Shown one piece after another: positions 26,337 to 39,058 of a stretch of DNA of 64,000 nt (its first letter is position 1; each line of letters starts with the position of its first letter). Both the position numbers and the translations under genes were made by a program. Where the stretch lies: assembly GCA_964016885.1 (NCBI GenBank), contig OZ024742.1, positions 96,720,001 through 96,784,000 of the forward strand. The letters run 5' to 3'. The notes under the pieces are model-generated. The model saw nothing but the letters and a program-made list of their open reading frames with translations, ran no database searches and had not been told where the DNA came from. Origin of the DNA: Eledone cirrhosa. Taxonomy: Eukaryota.

Positions 26337-26376
26337 TATGTGAGGGTAATGATGATGATGCATATATATATATATA

Positions 26377-26667
26377 TACGATATTAATAAATGGAAACTA
26401 TATTTATAAAACCATATTTATTTCATTATATATATTTCAAGGATACCAAGTTACATTATGGTATGCCTTCATCAGACAAAATACAATATATACCAGTTTT
26501 ATAAATAGACATTGACGTACCCCTTTATGAAATAAATATGGTTTTATAAATATAGTTTCCATTTATTAATATCGTATATCTACTCCAAATATTTGTCGAG
26601 TGCTTTATATTAGTTATAAAAATATTTGCTTGTTGTATACCAACAATTTAAATAAAACTTTTGCATA

Positions 26668-26670
<3 letters not shown>
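26377..26670. mobile_element. Fold-back mini-element with hammerhead ribozyme
   Basis: Perfect 50-bp inverted arms 26377-26426 / 26527-26576, in (TA)n. Confidence 0.75.
26419..26483 (-). ncRNA. Minimal type I hammerhead ribozyme (candidate)
   Basis: Minus strand reads TATTTTGT-CTGATGA-AGGCATACC..GGTATCCTT-GAAA-TATATA-TA-ATGAAATA. Stems I and II pair and stem III is palindromic. Confidence 0.65.
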
Positions 26671-26715
<45 letters not shown>

Positions 26716-27166
26716 TGATTGGGTTTTCATGCTGCTTGCTATATTCTGTCCGCAGGATATTGGTGTCGACTTATGAAAAGTTGATGCACACTACATATGA
26801 CACGCTATCTGTAAGTGAAAACCTGCAGGAACCAGAGCTCACCTCTCGTACACTAATTAAATATCATGATTGATTAAATAAACAAATAATTAATTAGTGG
26901 AGAGAGTGATAAACATAGAAGTAAGGCGTAAAATGTCTAGAAGCAGTTAACAAATATTGGAGTTTATCTTTCACTCTTACGTGTGATAATTTTCAAATTG
27001 TTTTATTAATTCTAATAATTATTATGTCTTCTGCTATGATGAATGTATATGTGTGTTTTAGTTTATCCTCATGTACATATAAATATAAACACACACACTG
27101 ACACAAACACATATTTGCTAGTAGGAGAAGCGGACACTAAAACGATGATGATCATGATGATGAAGC

Positions 27167-27197
<31 letters not shown>

Positions 27198-27208
27198 GTA
27201 TATATATG

Positions 27209-27279
<71 letters not shown>

Positions 27280-28979
27280 CTATTAAGGAAATAACACCAA
27301 GATAGTGTAGCAATCGAAAAAAATCATATAGAAATAAAACGAAAATAAGGATCTTCGCATCATCTGCAGCCAATTCACAGTTTTGAATATAAATAACAAT
27401 TCTTCTTATCTAACAGTGCAAAACACTGTGAAAATCTTGTTTAATATTACTTGGGGATATTCAAGAATACATATTAATGAGATAAAATGAAATACATACC
27501 TGGTGATGAAGGCTCACAAACCGAGATAAACAATTTTGAAGGTAAGCAGAGAATGGAACAAAACCAGAAACAAATAAATGGATCTCAGTTAGCATCCTCC
27601 CGAGAAACGCCTTCTCCAGTCTGTCCGATGGGGTTGTGGGGAGGCCAGCATGTGGGACACCATTTGCTCACCATACAGAGAGATGAGGAGGGCGAGAGTA
27701 ATGTAGGCGATAACAGTGGGAGTTCGGCTCTTCCACGTTCGGACCGTATCATTGTGGCTGTGTTTATTATCTATATAGAAAATTATTTATTTCCCCTTTA
27801 TTGGCTGTTTATATATAATAGATAAATGACTGAAAGAAAGAAAACAGAGGGAATTATTTGTTTTTGTTCTTAATTTTGTTGTGCCTCAGTAAAGATTGTT
27901 TAACTATATCTATTATGTTCATAACAACTGATGAAGTAGCCAATTTATTGCGTCTGGTGATGTAATTAATTGTCCACACAAATACGTATTATGCAACAAT
28001 GGAAGAAGTTATTGGAATCCGGCCTTCACATGCTTTTTATGGTTGACGATATATTCAATCGATTTCCACGTGCTATTAGAAATGGTGGGTAAATATTCGA
28101 TAGCTGTTGATCACGGATAGATAGCTGTCGTTTATTTATCTATTATTTCTTCATAGGTGCCTTTTAATCTTATAGCCTTGTTTAATTGTTTTTTTTGTGT
28201 GGTTGATTATGCTGATTGGGAGAGGAGATGGTGTATATATTTTATTCTATGGACATACTTTATTGTATATATATATATATATATATAAGAATAGAATAAA
28301 ATAAAAATTTTCAGTCATATTACACCTTAAATAGCTCAAATAGTATATATGCTAAGAGCTATAATTTGAAGAGCTTCATTTTTCCAGAATTACATTTAGA
28401 TGGAAATGTTTACAGTATGTTAAAAGTAAGCATTGCAAGCAAAAAAATACATTTTAATAGAAAAATATAATTTCACCTACGAATTCGTGCTTATACATCA
28501 GTTTGTTTCTGGCAAAAAAAAATATTAATTAAGATAATTAGTTAATAAATTAAGACACCCTCACATACATTTATATATATATGTGTGTGTGTGAAATTTC
28601 AATGAAGAAAAACAACACCGAGTAACGATATAGCACATTGAAGATATATGTTAGTTTATGCTTAATAGAGCAGAAAACGAGTCTCAAGGTTACAAACATC
28701 ATTCCTTCGTCAGAAGTACTGGTGCCACAATAACATGTACCTAATTCATTTTGTAACTGGTAGTGCTGGTTCGATGATAGTATGCACCAATTACATTCTG
28801 TATGTGGTAGTGTTACTTCCTTGATATACTCCGTAAAAGTGTTGGTAATAGGAAAGACATACATTCAGAGAACCCATAATAAAATGGAATGTAAGACTAT
28901 GGCAAGGTCCTCAGACCTGTCTAATCACAGATCGTGATAATCTTGTCCCACCCATGCCAGCTTAGAAACTGGATGTAAT

Positions 28980-29012
<33 letters not shown>

Positions 29013-30109
29013 TTGATAAATCACTAGAAAATACCTAGAAATATTTGCACTAACAGAGGTAAGCTTCAGCAAGTGACCACCATTGATTCTAAAGAGTTTT
29101 TGCAGAGATATGAAGATCATGCAATCCATTGACTTTCTATGTTCATAGCATAAACATATGTGAGTGTAACAGAATGACATACTGTAAGTTCAGCTAAACA
29201 ATTATCTAATCAGAAAAAGCAGCGTTAAAGTGCCCCCCCCCTCCCTTTCCCTCATATGCCTCCATCACCACCACACTAGTGGATGTTCTGATTGTTCCTC
29301 CATATTTTAGCTTTATAAATTATATTGTTCAATAAAAATTTACATGCTTGCATATGGGTTGATTTTTTTCATTTATTGGGGAATTAGATAAGAAAAATAT
29401 ATGTAAATTGTGTACCTAGATAATTGAAAAATATATTTAATTTTATTGTTTCAAATCCCCCCCCCCCCCCCCAAAAAAAAATATATTTTAATCATGTATA
29501 TTATTTAATCTAATACAATTTGTAACATGAAACATAAGTATGCATATCGATACACAGATTCATCCATATGCACTCACAATCATATCTTTTGTGTATTGTT
29601 CAAATTATATATATATATATATATAACACCATACATATTTGTGTAAGTTGCCCAAATTTTAACAACCTGTTCTCTTAACTAGCAAATTTTTAAGAGCATG
29701 TCTCCTAATTATAAAAGTTTTAACTGCAGATTCTGTATAATAAAGAAATCAGGTAACAACAATGGAATATCTCTTCATTATGAGGCTCTAAAAATACAAT
29801 ACTAGGATAAACTCGGAAATCCAAGAAATCATGTGATTGTTTGTATTGGCAAACATCAGTTAATATGAATTCCATATGAGTGTAGAATATATTTCTTCAC
29901 TCTAAACCTTCGTTGGGTGTGAGGAAATGAAATGCTAAATAAACTGAACTGAAATTTTGGGATGGGTTTTGGTGGGGAGACAGATGCTCAAGCAAGAGTA
30001 GCGTTTGTGTTAGAGGATGAGAAATTATGAAGGTGAATAAAAAAGAAAGGTCAATAATTTGGACAGGAAAGTGTATGTACATTCCTCATCAATAACAAAA
30101 GAATTACAG

Positions 30110-30365
30110 TTAACTCTTTTAATGCAAAACTGCCTAGAACCACCCATGCTTCTGGGATGCAAAGCTGTTTATTTTAAGATGTTTATATTCATCTAACCCC
30201 TCACCCCAACACACACACACACATAATTTTGTGTAAAATCCTTTTGTTAAATTACGTTCCAATAATTTGATAATGTGAAAGAAAATCCCTCCAAATTCTT
30301 CGTTATTTTTAAAATGAATTGAAAATAACCTGTCATTCATTAGAAATATGATAATGAAGGGATAA
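30110..30365. mobile_element. piggyBac-type (TTAA) MITE, decayed
   Basis: TTAACTCTTT...GAAGGGATAA. The subterminal CATTAGAAATATG..AAAGGGTTAA recurs at ~32815, ~36965, ~60380 and ~63300. Confidence 0.55.
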
Positions 30366-30449
30366 AGTAGTATGTCAGAATAGAGTATAGAGGATGGGGG
30401 TGCATACAGTTATGTACGTAGAATAATGTGTTATCTTTGGTTTTTCTTT

Positions 30450-30950
30450 CCACTGTCCATTGTATCTCCATCCTTGCTGGTCTCTCTAACAGTAAATACA
30501 ACTTTTGTTTCACTGTCATGATCTATGGTAGTGTATTTAAAGCAGCTCTTATTATTTCATCATTTGCAATGTAGTCATACTAGGTGATCCTTAGAATATT
30601 TCTAAGGTGCCAACGATGAAAAACATTCACCATATTGCAAATATTGTCTGTTCAGCTCCATTGTACACTCATATACAGAGCCATAGGAATGAAAGAGCAT
30701 GACCATATTGGTCTTAGTCATTGAAAGTCTGCCATTGGCTTATCAAATCTAGTCATGTCATAAACGTCTGATTTTCCATTCTTGAACATATTATTGCTTA
30801 AGTGTATAAAAGATTCAATGAATTCAATATTTTGTCTACTAAGGTTGATGTATTGGGGTTGGTTTGCACATTTGTATAATACTTTTGTCTTTTGATAATT
30901 GATAAGCAGTTCAAGTGGATATCTTGTGTCTTTTAATACTAAGAAAAGTG
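30450..30950 (-). pseudogene. Ancient RTE (BovB/Expander-like) ORF2 C-terminal remnant
   Basis: Translation across stops gives IEFIESFIHL...TRFDK..ADFQ*LRPIW...VFHRWHLRNILRIT*.D.IANDEI. Confidence 0.65.
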
Positions 30951-31059
30951 GTAATGACAAAGAGAGTGTATGCATGGAGAAACATAAATACCATGATATC
31001 ACAACCTAGTTCTATAAAATGGCAAGGACCAAATTCTAAGCTCTACAATGGATGAAAGA

Positions 31060-31205
31060 TCATAAGGAGGAGCAGTGGACATTGTTTCAGAACAATATTA
31101 CATCCTGCACAAAAGACATGCTTGGAAGATGAAGAGGAACCATCAAAGAACACTAGATCTCAATTGACACATGGAACTTGATTGTAGAAAAAAGACAGAA
31201 CTGGA
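31060..31205 (+). pseudogene. RTE EN-RT linker remnant
   Basis: EEQWTLFQNNITSCTKDMLG...*ISIDTWNLIVEKRQ resembles the RTE linker W.S..TW.LI..RR. Confidence 0.5.
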
Positions 31206-31883
31206 AACAGATCGATCTAGTGATTATGAATCACTCTTACCACAGCAGGTAAACTTCGTCAATATCCCTACTGACAAAAGGTTCATGGATTTACCATTAA
31301 AAACATTGATGTGTTTTCTTTGAAGTCCAACATACTGGTTTCTAATTTGACACAAAATCCCAACCAGTTCATTAATGGAAACCACAACCTTACAATCATA
31401 AGCCCAACAAGCTAACCACTAGGCCATATATCTTCAAGACTTGCCTCAAGATATGATAAATTTCTTCAATTGGAATCAAATTCCCCAAAACATGAACTAC
31501 TGTTAGTTCAGAATCTTCTCCACTCTGTCATATACCAATGTTTCTATATAACATAGTGAAACGTAATAACAAAGAATTACAATATGGTATTCAATTTATA
31601 TTGAGTTTGAATAATTTATAATTTAACAGCTTTTGTTGTTGAACGAATAATTAGTAAAGGCCATAGCTTAAATTGAATACAATGTTTTGGGAAATTCAAG
31701 ACAAAAGCATAAACCAAAATTAAACCAACCACACTGAAAAACATCCATGCACACACTAGAAAGAAAATAATCGTAATGATGCTGATAATGATGATGCTGC
31801 TGATAATGATGCTGCTGATAATGATATCAAAACTGTTGCTGACGATGATGATGGTTATTATATTGAAATCATTATTGTTAATA

Positions 31884-31914
<31 letters not shown>

Positions 31915-34371
31915 GGTTGATAAAATAATCAGTAAGAAAAATAAATACAAAAGTAACAACTTAATAGAATTGAAATTTGTAAAAAGAAATAAAAGTAAAG
32001 CAAATAGAAAGATAGTCACAAACAAATGTAAGACAATAAAAATAACAAAACAGAAATGTTTCTAACAAAAATGTGCACACTGACACCAAACTATTTCATT
32101 GACGATGACACAATAAATGGTAATGAACCAGAATTAACAATTTTGGAACCAATATTCATCATATTTATTGCATTTCTAATGAGTTTTCTATGTTTTCTAA
32201 TTATCAAAATAACATAGTCACCCGTATGTATATCTTTGTTAAAACCATTGATTTTTTGTGATATTATTATAGTAATTTCTATTATTAGAAGAATAGAAGT
32301 GAAATGACCGAATGGTTTAATATAACAGTCTTTAATTCTAGCTGCTGGAAACAACTGAAATTAACAGATCTTCTGGGATTGCTAGTGGTTTATAAATTGG
32401 CATCATGCTAGGAAGAAAGATATTCTGCTTATAACTATTTAATCGTATAAAACCCTAAACTGAATACTCATGTTATGGAACACCACACAGATGAAATTGT
32501 TTTATAAAAAGATAATAGACACAGACATGGCTGAGTATTTTTTCCAGAATCTTGCTTAAAGACAGTGTGCCCCCTAATTCAGTAATTGACTTCATGATAA
32601 CAAACACTAAGCCATGTACCTTCTAATGAAACTGACACATGTGTTGTCATTTCCACAAATTGCAATGCCTTGCAGAAGTAATGCTGTTGTTAAATGGTTC
32701 CATGCAACAAATCTTAATTATAAAAGTCATTTCACTTCTCAATGATCATTTGATGTATTTTTGGTTCTATACTGGAATGTTGTTTGCTTGTGTAGGTGAC
32801 TATTTCTATGCTCTTTAACCTATTTGTGACTATATTTCTAATGAAATTCACACAACTTTATCATTTTACATCTGCTTTTCATGCTGAGAGGGGATGAAAA
32901 GGTTGTCACAGTCCATGACTAGACGAAATAGAGCAATTGCATTTTGTTCAAATATCTCACTATAGATTTGAATTAATTAATAAAGCATTTGGATGGATTA
33001 ACTAATATTAGTAAATGCTTCATTATTAATATTGTATTTGTAACATAACTTAAACTGTTCTAAATTCAAGTTAAGAGGTTAGTTTAAATAGGAACCTTAT
33101 AAAATGGGTAGTTTAGTGTTATAAAGTGAGGGGTAGTATTGGGTGATTTGGTATTGGTATCAAAAGGTTTAAATCAGTCTTCAGATTTCCCAATTATTAA
33201 ATCCTTCTGCAGTTTTATCATAGGATTAATAGGAGAATATTCAAAAACTGTACATGATTTACTAAAAATCAATCTTCTACTGTGTCCTGTTATGTAACTA
33301 AATAAATAATAAGAACCAAGTTCACATAATACAACATTCTTTATTCATAAACAGTGTCTTATCATTTATTGAGACACCTTCACATATAATCTAATCTTCT
33401 TGGTAATCTGTGATATTAGAATCACTTTAATCAGCGGGGTTTGGTTTCAACTTAGAAATAGTTGGCTTTTTATATTTTCACAAATAGTCAGTATTTTATA
33501 CCAATTAAATTATACAATTTCATGATTAGCAAAAGGGTAAACTAAGTGAGATGTACACACTCATTTACACACTGTGGCTGGTATTGCTAATGTATCCCTC
33601 TACACAATTTTAAAGCAACCCAATGTATGGCATTACTGCAGGTGATAACAAGGCTAAGGCACTAAAACAGCCAACAAATACATATTCATCATCTGATATT
33701 TCAGTCAGGGGAACTCCAAACGATGACAAAATCACATCAGTATTTCAGTTCTGATGAATACCTCATCTGCAACATCAAAGAAAAACATAGTTGGCAGATA
33801 AATCTGGTAATTTTATAGATTATTCATTCAATGATATGTACAGTGATCCCCACCTCTGTTGCCATAGCTAGAGATGTGAGAAGGAGCGAAAGAATGGCTG
33901 ACAATGACAACATTTGATAGAAAGTTTGTTTTCCTGTAGCAAATAAATCACATATCTATTATTTAGATTATGTGTACATTATGTAATTGCATGTGCAGAG
34001 CTGAATTAGCTCTTAAGCTCTCAAGGTAAATACATAAACTAGCATTGACAATATTAATTATAATGCATAATATTATATATAATTAGTTGTATCGTTATGT
34101 AATTAAAAGGATTAGAAATCATTATTTTGTAATAATCTGGATCAAGAAACAAAATACATACCAGCCTCTAATCAAAGTAATCACTTCAAGAGCTTTCTTT
34201 TGAAATTCATATAATTGGGAATACGGTAAACTGAAATTAGATATATAATTAATGACAATTACTATTTGCTGCCCCAGGGCATTGGTATCTTAAGGGGACA
34301 ACTGACTCGGCTGTAGCTAGGGATGTACAATAGTTAAAGTTCCCCAAATTAATCTATTTTGCAACCATAAA

Positions 34372-34730
34372 TAGTGGTTTCTGATTTAGGCCATTGAGGT
34401 CAGAGGAAAGTCAATTAAATTGACCCCAGTGCATCACTGGTGCTCTATTTTATCGACCTTGTAAGGGTGGAAGGAAAAGCTAACCTTGACAAGATTTGAA
34501 CTCAGAATAATGATTTCTGGTTTAGGCACAAAGTCAGTAAATATTTTGGAGGGAGAGAAAAGTCGATTAAATCGCCCTCTGTTCAGTACTGTTAGTTTAT
34601 TTTATCAACTCCATAAGGATGAAAGGCAAAGCTAACCTTGGTGGGATTTGAAATCAGAACGTAAAGTGCAGTAATAAGGCCACAAAGCATTTTGTCTGAT
34701 GCTCTACCGATACTGACAATCCACTGTCCT
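34372..34730 (-). mobile_element. Two tandem older SINE family 1 copies
   Basis: Two successive GTC(A/G)ATTAAAT..CCC..TTTATC..AAGG.TG.AAGG.AAAG...GATTTGAA units. Confidence 0.75.
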
Positions 34731-36755
34731 TTTGCTTCAATAAATAATAAAATTCAGTCAGAGGCTCCATGCAAGCTTTATATATCCAAGCTTCAGTGTA
34801 TATTAATCATGAAAAAAAATTTAATTTGTTGTTTGCTTCTTTAAAAACAATGAAAAGATCCAATGAAGCAATGTTTCCATTGTTGATACTGGTTGTAACT
34901 TCTAGCAGAAGAAGCAGCCAGAAATCAGAAATACATTAATTAGCTCAAGAAAACAACATACTACCGGGCCAGGGAATCAAGCTCATGATCCCATGATTGT
35001 GTGTCCAACAACCTAACCACTAGACCAAGTGCCTTCAATGAATAGTTAAAGTATATATTTAATAGAAATTTAGCAGGAAGAACTCAAGTGAAGAGACACA
35101 AATTAAATCCAGAAGTGACATGATATGATAAATTGTTATTTCAGCTGGGGAAATTATTTGATTTTGACAAATCAAAATAGTTTATTACAATATAAAGAAT
35201 ATATTGAAATATCTTCCTTGAAGAAGTATAAATTACTGAATGTTTCTATATCTACTATAGAAATATGTTTACACAACAGTGCGAGTATTTGTGTGTTTTT
35301 CTGTTTATAGTAAGTTTGTAGTTTCATAGGTTAGCACGAAAAGGAGATGAAGTTAAGAAAAGTAGAAGTGAATTAATAAACTGAAAGAAAATAAAATTAC
35401 ATAAAATTTGTTTTAAAAAGTGGTATATATTTTTATTGCCCATTAAGGCGAGAATTCTGGTTAGATAGAGGTGTGTGTAGTTGGTGGGGGAGTATAAAGG
35501 GAGAATTAGAATAACATAAGATAAGGTGAGATAAATAAAATACAGAATAAATAATTTATTAATAATAAAAATAACAAAAAATACAAAACAAATCTATTTC
35601 AAATACAGATATTTAAAAACGGAAAATGAAGAGAAGGGTTTTTGGATCACAGAATAATGGGAGGGGAGGGGGGAGGGTGATGTGCTTTAGGTCTGGGGCA
35701 TGGAAGTGTTGGGGCTGTGCCCCATAGAGAAGACAGCAAAAGCATTTCCACCTGAAATACCATGAATGAGCACTTAGCTGCAAACTGAAAGACTTTTTAC
35801 TGGGTTTGTAGTGGTTAGACGTTATTTGTAAGTACTTAATTACTTTTTTTTTTTTTTACTTTACTACTTTATTTTGTTTATTTATATACATAGCAGAAAT
35901 AGAGTGATGGGGAGGGAACAAAGTGATTGAGAGAGGGAGGGGAAAGGTGATTGACAGAAATTGCCACATTACCTTTCTACTTGAGTGGCCAGACTGTACT
36001 GTTCCATTGGTGCTGAATTGCTACTGACTGTTAGCTTGCAGTCTGTTATAGAAACCCAAGTTTTCCCAAACATTACTTCAAATGAGACTACAAACACTAC
36101 AAATATTTAAAAAGAGAAAAGGAAAAGTAAAGCAAGGGTTCCAGGCCTAGGGCATGGTGGTGTTGGGGCTGCGCCCTCTGGACAAGACCGAAAAACCATT
36201 TCTATGGACAATGGCTAGCAACACCCACTGCAACTGCCACTCCACTTCCTCAGACGGGCTACTGACAATCCAATCTTGCGAAGGAGCTCAGCTGTACTGA
36301 GTCCAAGTACGCTTGAGGTCTCAACTGTGATGAAGGCTTAAGTGTTGAATACCATGAAGAAGAATTCAAAATAGTAATGCTACGAATGTGTTTGGAAGAA
36401 AAAAATGGGACTATATTTTCAAGCAATGGACGATGTCTTGAGAGAATAACATATATTATTCATATTTTTATTTTATAAAATGAGGAAAAATATTTCTTTC
36501 CTATTGAAATCCAATGGGGTGTTCTATAATTTTATCGAGTTTTCTAGTATAGAGTTATTTATAGTAACAGTTTTAATAGTAAACCACCTGGACAAACTAC
36601 TCTACTATGATACTAAGCTGTTTATTTTAATGTGTTAGCATTTATCTTATAACCATCCATCATAGTTTTATGTGAAATCTTTTAAGTCATGTTCTGAACA
36701 CAAGCTTGTTAATGAGAAAGTTAGTTATAATATCAAATCCCTCCGAATTCTAGAT

Positions 36756-36927
36756 TACTGCATTTCCTGGCATCGAAGACGCTACCTTTTTCATAAAATA
36801 AGGCTAAAAAATCTACCATGTGTCCTGGAGGCCAAAGGTTGTTTATTATTTTTTCTCAAATTTTTGCTTGTCAAAATTAGGGTGCTTGCTTGAGGACTAA
36901 GCATCTTCGGCACCAGGAAATATGGTG
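36756..36927. mobile_element. pogo/Tigger-like MITE
   Basis: TIRs TACTGCATTTCCTGGCATCGAAGACGC / GCATCTTCGGCACCAGGAAATATGGT. Confidence 0.65.
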
Positions 36928-37011
36928 TATTCAAAGTGATTTGAAAATTATAGGCAGCATTTTTCCTTAGAAATATGATAACAAAAGTGGTTAATACCTG
37001 TTATTAACTGG

Positions 37012-37046
<35 letters not shown>

Positions 37047-37447
37047 CTGTGTGTGTGTGTGTCTGTGTGTGTGTGTGTGTGTGTGTGTTCATGCACATCA
37101 ACCTAAGAAATCCTGAAAGACAAAGGTGAGCCTAATGTAATTTGAACTTATTACCTAAACTCTTTTAAGAAAATTTGTCAAGCATACTATCACATTATAC
37201 AATAACAGTACAAATAATAATAATGATTTCTTTATTAACCACACAGGGCTCAAATAATAATAATACATATTATTATTAGTATTATCATTATTATTTCGTT
37301 TTATTTGCCACAAGGGCTAATATAATGAGGACAATACAATAGACAGGGACAGTGGGGTTTACACAAAAGTCTAGTAGAAAGAAATTAACAAACAAATAAC
37401 AATGAAGAGAATTAGAACAATAGAAATTAGCCTAATAAGGGGAGGAA

Positions 37448-37672
37448 TTGTTTCTAATAATATCGGCACAAGGCCAGATATTTGTGGGAGAGAGGAAAGT
37501 CAGTTACATTGGCCCCAGAATGTGGTTAGTACTTTATTTTATTGACCCCTGTATGGGTGAAAGTCAAAGTTGACCTTGGTGAGATCTGAACTTAGAATGC
37601 AAAGGGCTGTAACCAAATACTGGAAGGTATTTTGTCCAACATTTTAAACATCTTTCCCTATCCAGCAACCTT
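37448..37672 (-). mobile_element. SINE family 1, older copy
   Basis: Reverse-complement core and head. Confidence 0.7.
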
Positions 37673-38372
37673 AATAATAATAATAATTTTTATTTATTTT
37701 ATGCAAGTCATGTAAAGCAAGGTTAAGTGACTCTCTCATGCTCATAATGTAGAGACTGCAGTAAGATGCAACGATAATAATCGGAATAACAACATCTTTA
37801 TTTTATTGTTATTTTTATTATTACCACCACTACTACTAAAAACAACAACAGTGACAATAATCACACAAAATGCCTTCATTTACACTCATGAAACATCACC
37901 AACAAGAACTACAACTACCACAACAAAAGCTACTGTAGTTACTACAACTATTACTACCACCACAACAATAACAACTACCACATCAACCACAACAAATACA
38001 ACAATTACAACTACAACAACAAATACATCTACAACAACATAACAATACCAACAGTTTTTTTTTTTTATTTGAAGGACGGCAGAGCTGGCAAATAACATAA
38101 AGGGAAATGCAACACAAAAAAACATTATCTTTAGTTATAATATCGCAATTTCATTACCAGCACCACAACCACCATCTTCTCCTCTCTTATCGCTATCTCT
38201 GCAGACGTGTGCTGAGTGCAGAAATGCTTATTACTGCACTATAATTCAGTGCATATGCTACATGGATAGATGCATAAATGATGCAAACTGAAGTAGGTGA
38301 ATGCAAAACTATGAACATGAGATTTGAGTTCTAAAAGCAATGGTGGCAAGTGAGAAATATAGTATCAATAAT

Positions 38373-38592
38373 AATGGTTTCTTATATAGGCACATGGCCA
38401 GCAATTTTGGGGGAGGAGAAAGTCGATTAAATCGACCCCAGTACATGACTGGTACTTTATTTTATCGACCCCGTAAGGATGAAAGGCAAAGTTAACCTAG
38501 GCAGGATTTGATCTCATATCATAAAGGGCCGTAACTCTATGCTGCAAAGCATGGCATCCAACCCTCTACTGATACTGCCAATCCACCACCTT
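38373..38592 (-). mobile_element. SINE family 1 copy
   Basis: Full-length reverse-complement match. Confidence 0.85.
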
Positions 38593-38624
38593 TTTTATAA
38601 CAATAATAATAATGATAATGATAA

Positions 38625-39022
38625 TAATAGGCTTGACCTGGTGGTTTTGGACAAGGAAAAAAGATTGTGCCTGATTGTAGATGTAGCCTGCTTATTTGAC
38701 ACGAGAGTGCAAGAAAAGGAGAGGGGAAAAAATTAATTGATACCAGGATTTAAAGTGGGTGTTAAAAAGGATTTGGAACTGCCATGAAATCAAGGTCGTC
38801 CCGATTGTCATAGGTGCAGTAGGTATTATGTCAAAGAGTTTCCAAGGATGGTTAAAGAAGATTAGTCCAGCCCCTCTTTTTGGAACACTTCAAAAGGTAT
38901 GCTTGCTGGGAACAGCAAGAACCCTCCGATACGTCCTGAATGTCTGAGGCTGCAGGTAGTGGCTTGTTATTCAGTTCAAAAAACTTTCCAGTTAAATAAC
39001 ATCAATGACTGAGACTCAAAGA
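38625..39022 (+). mobile_element. R4/Dong-clade (RLE) non-LTR retrotransposon 3' fragment in (TAA)n
   Basis: NRLDLVVLDK...LIVDVACLFD, then after a frameshift YQDLK..LKRIW...VVPIVIGAVG...LQKVCLLGTARTLR. Flanked by AAT repeats on both sides. Confidence 0.85.
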
Positions 39023-39024
39023 AC

Positions 39025-39057
<33 letters not shown>

Positions 39058-39058
<1 letters not shown>

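Noticed and set aside
28670-28720. Minus-strand CTGACGA-AGG..CCTT-GAGA hammerhead-like motif
   Set aside because: GAAA is mutated and stem I is absent. It may be a very old relic but is unsupported.
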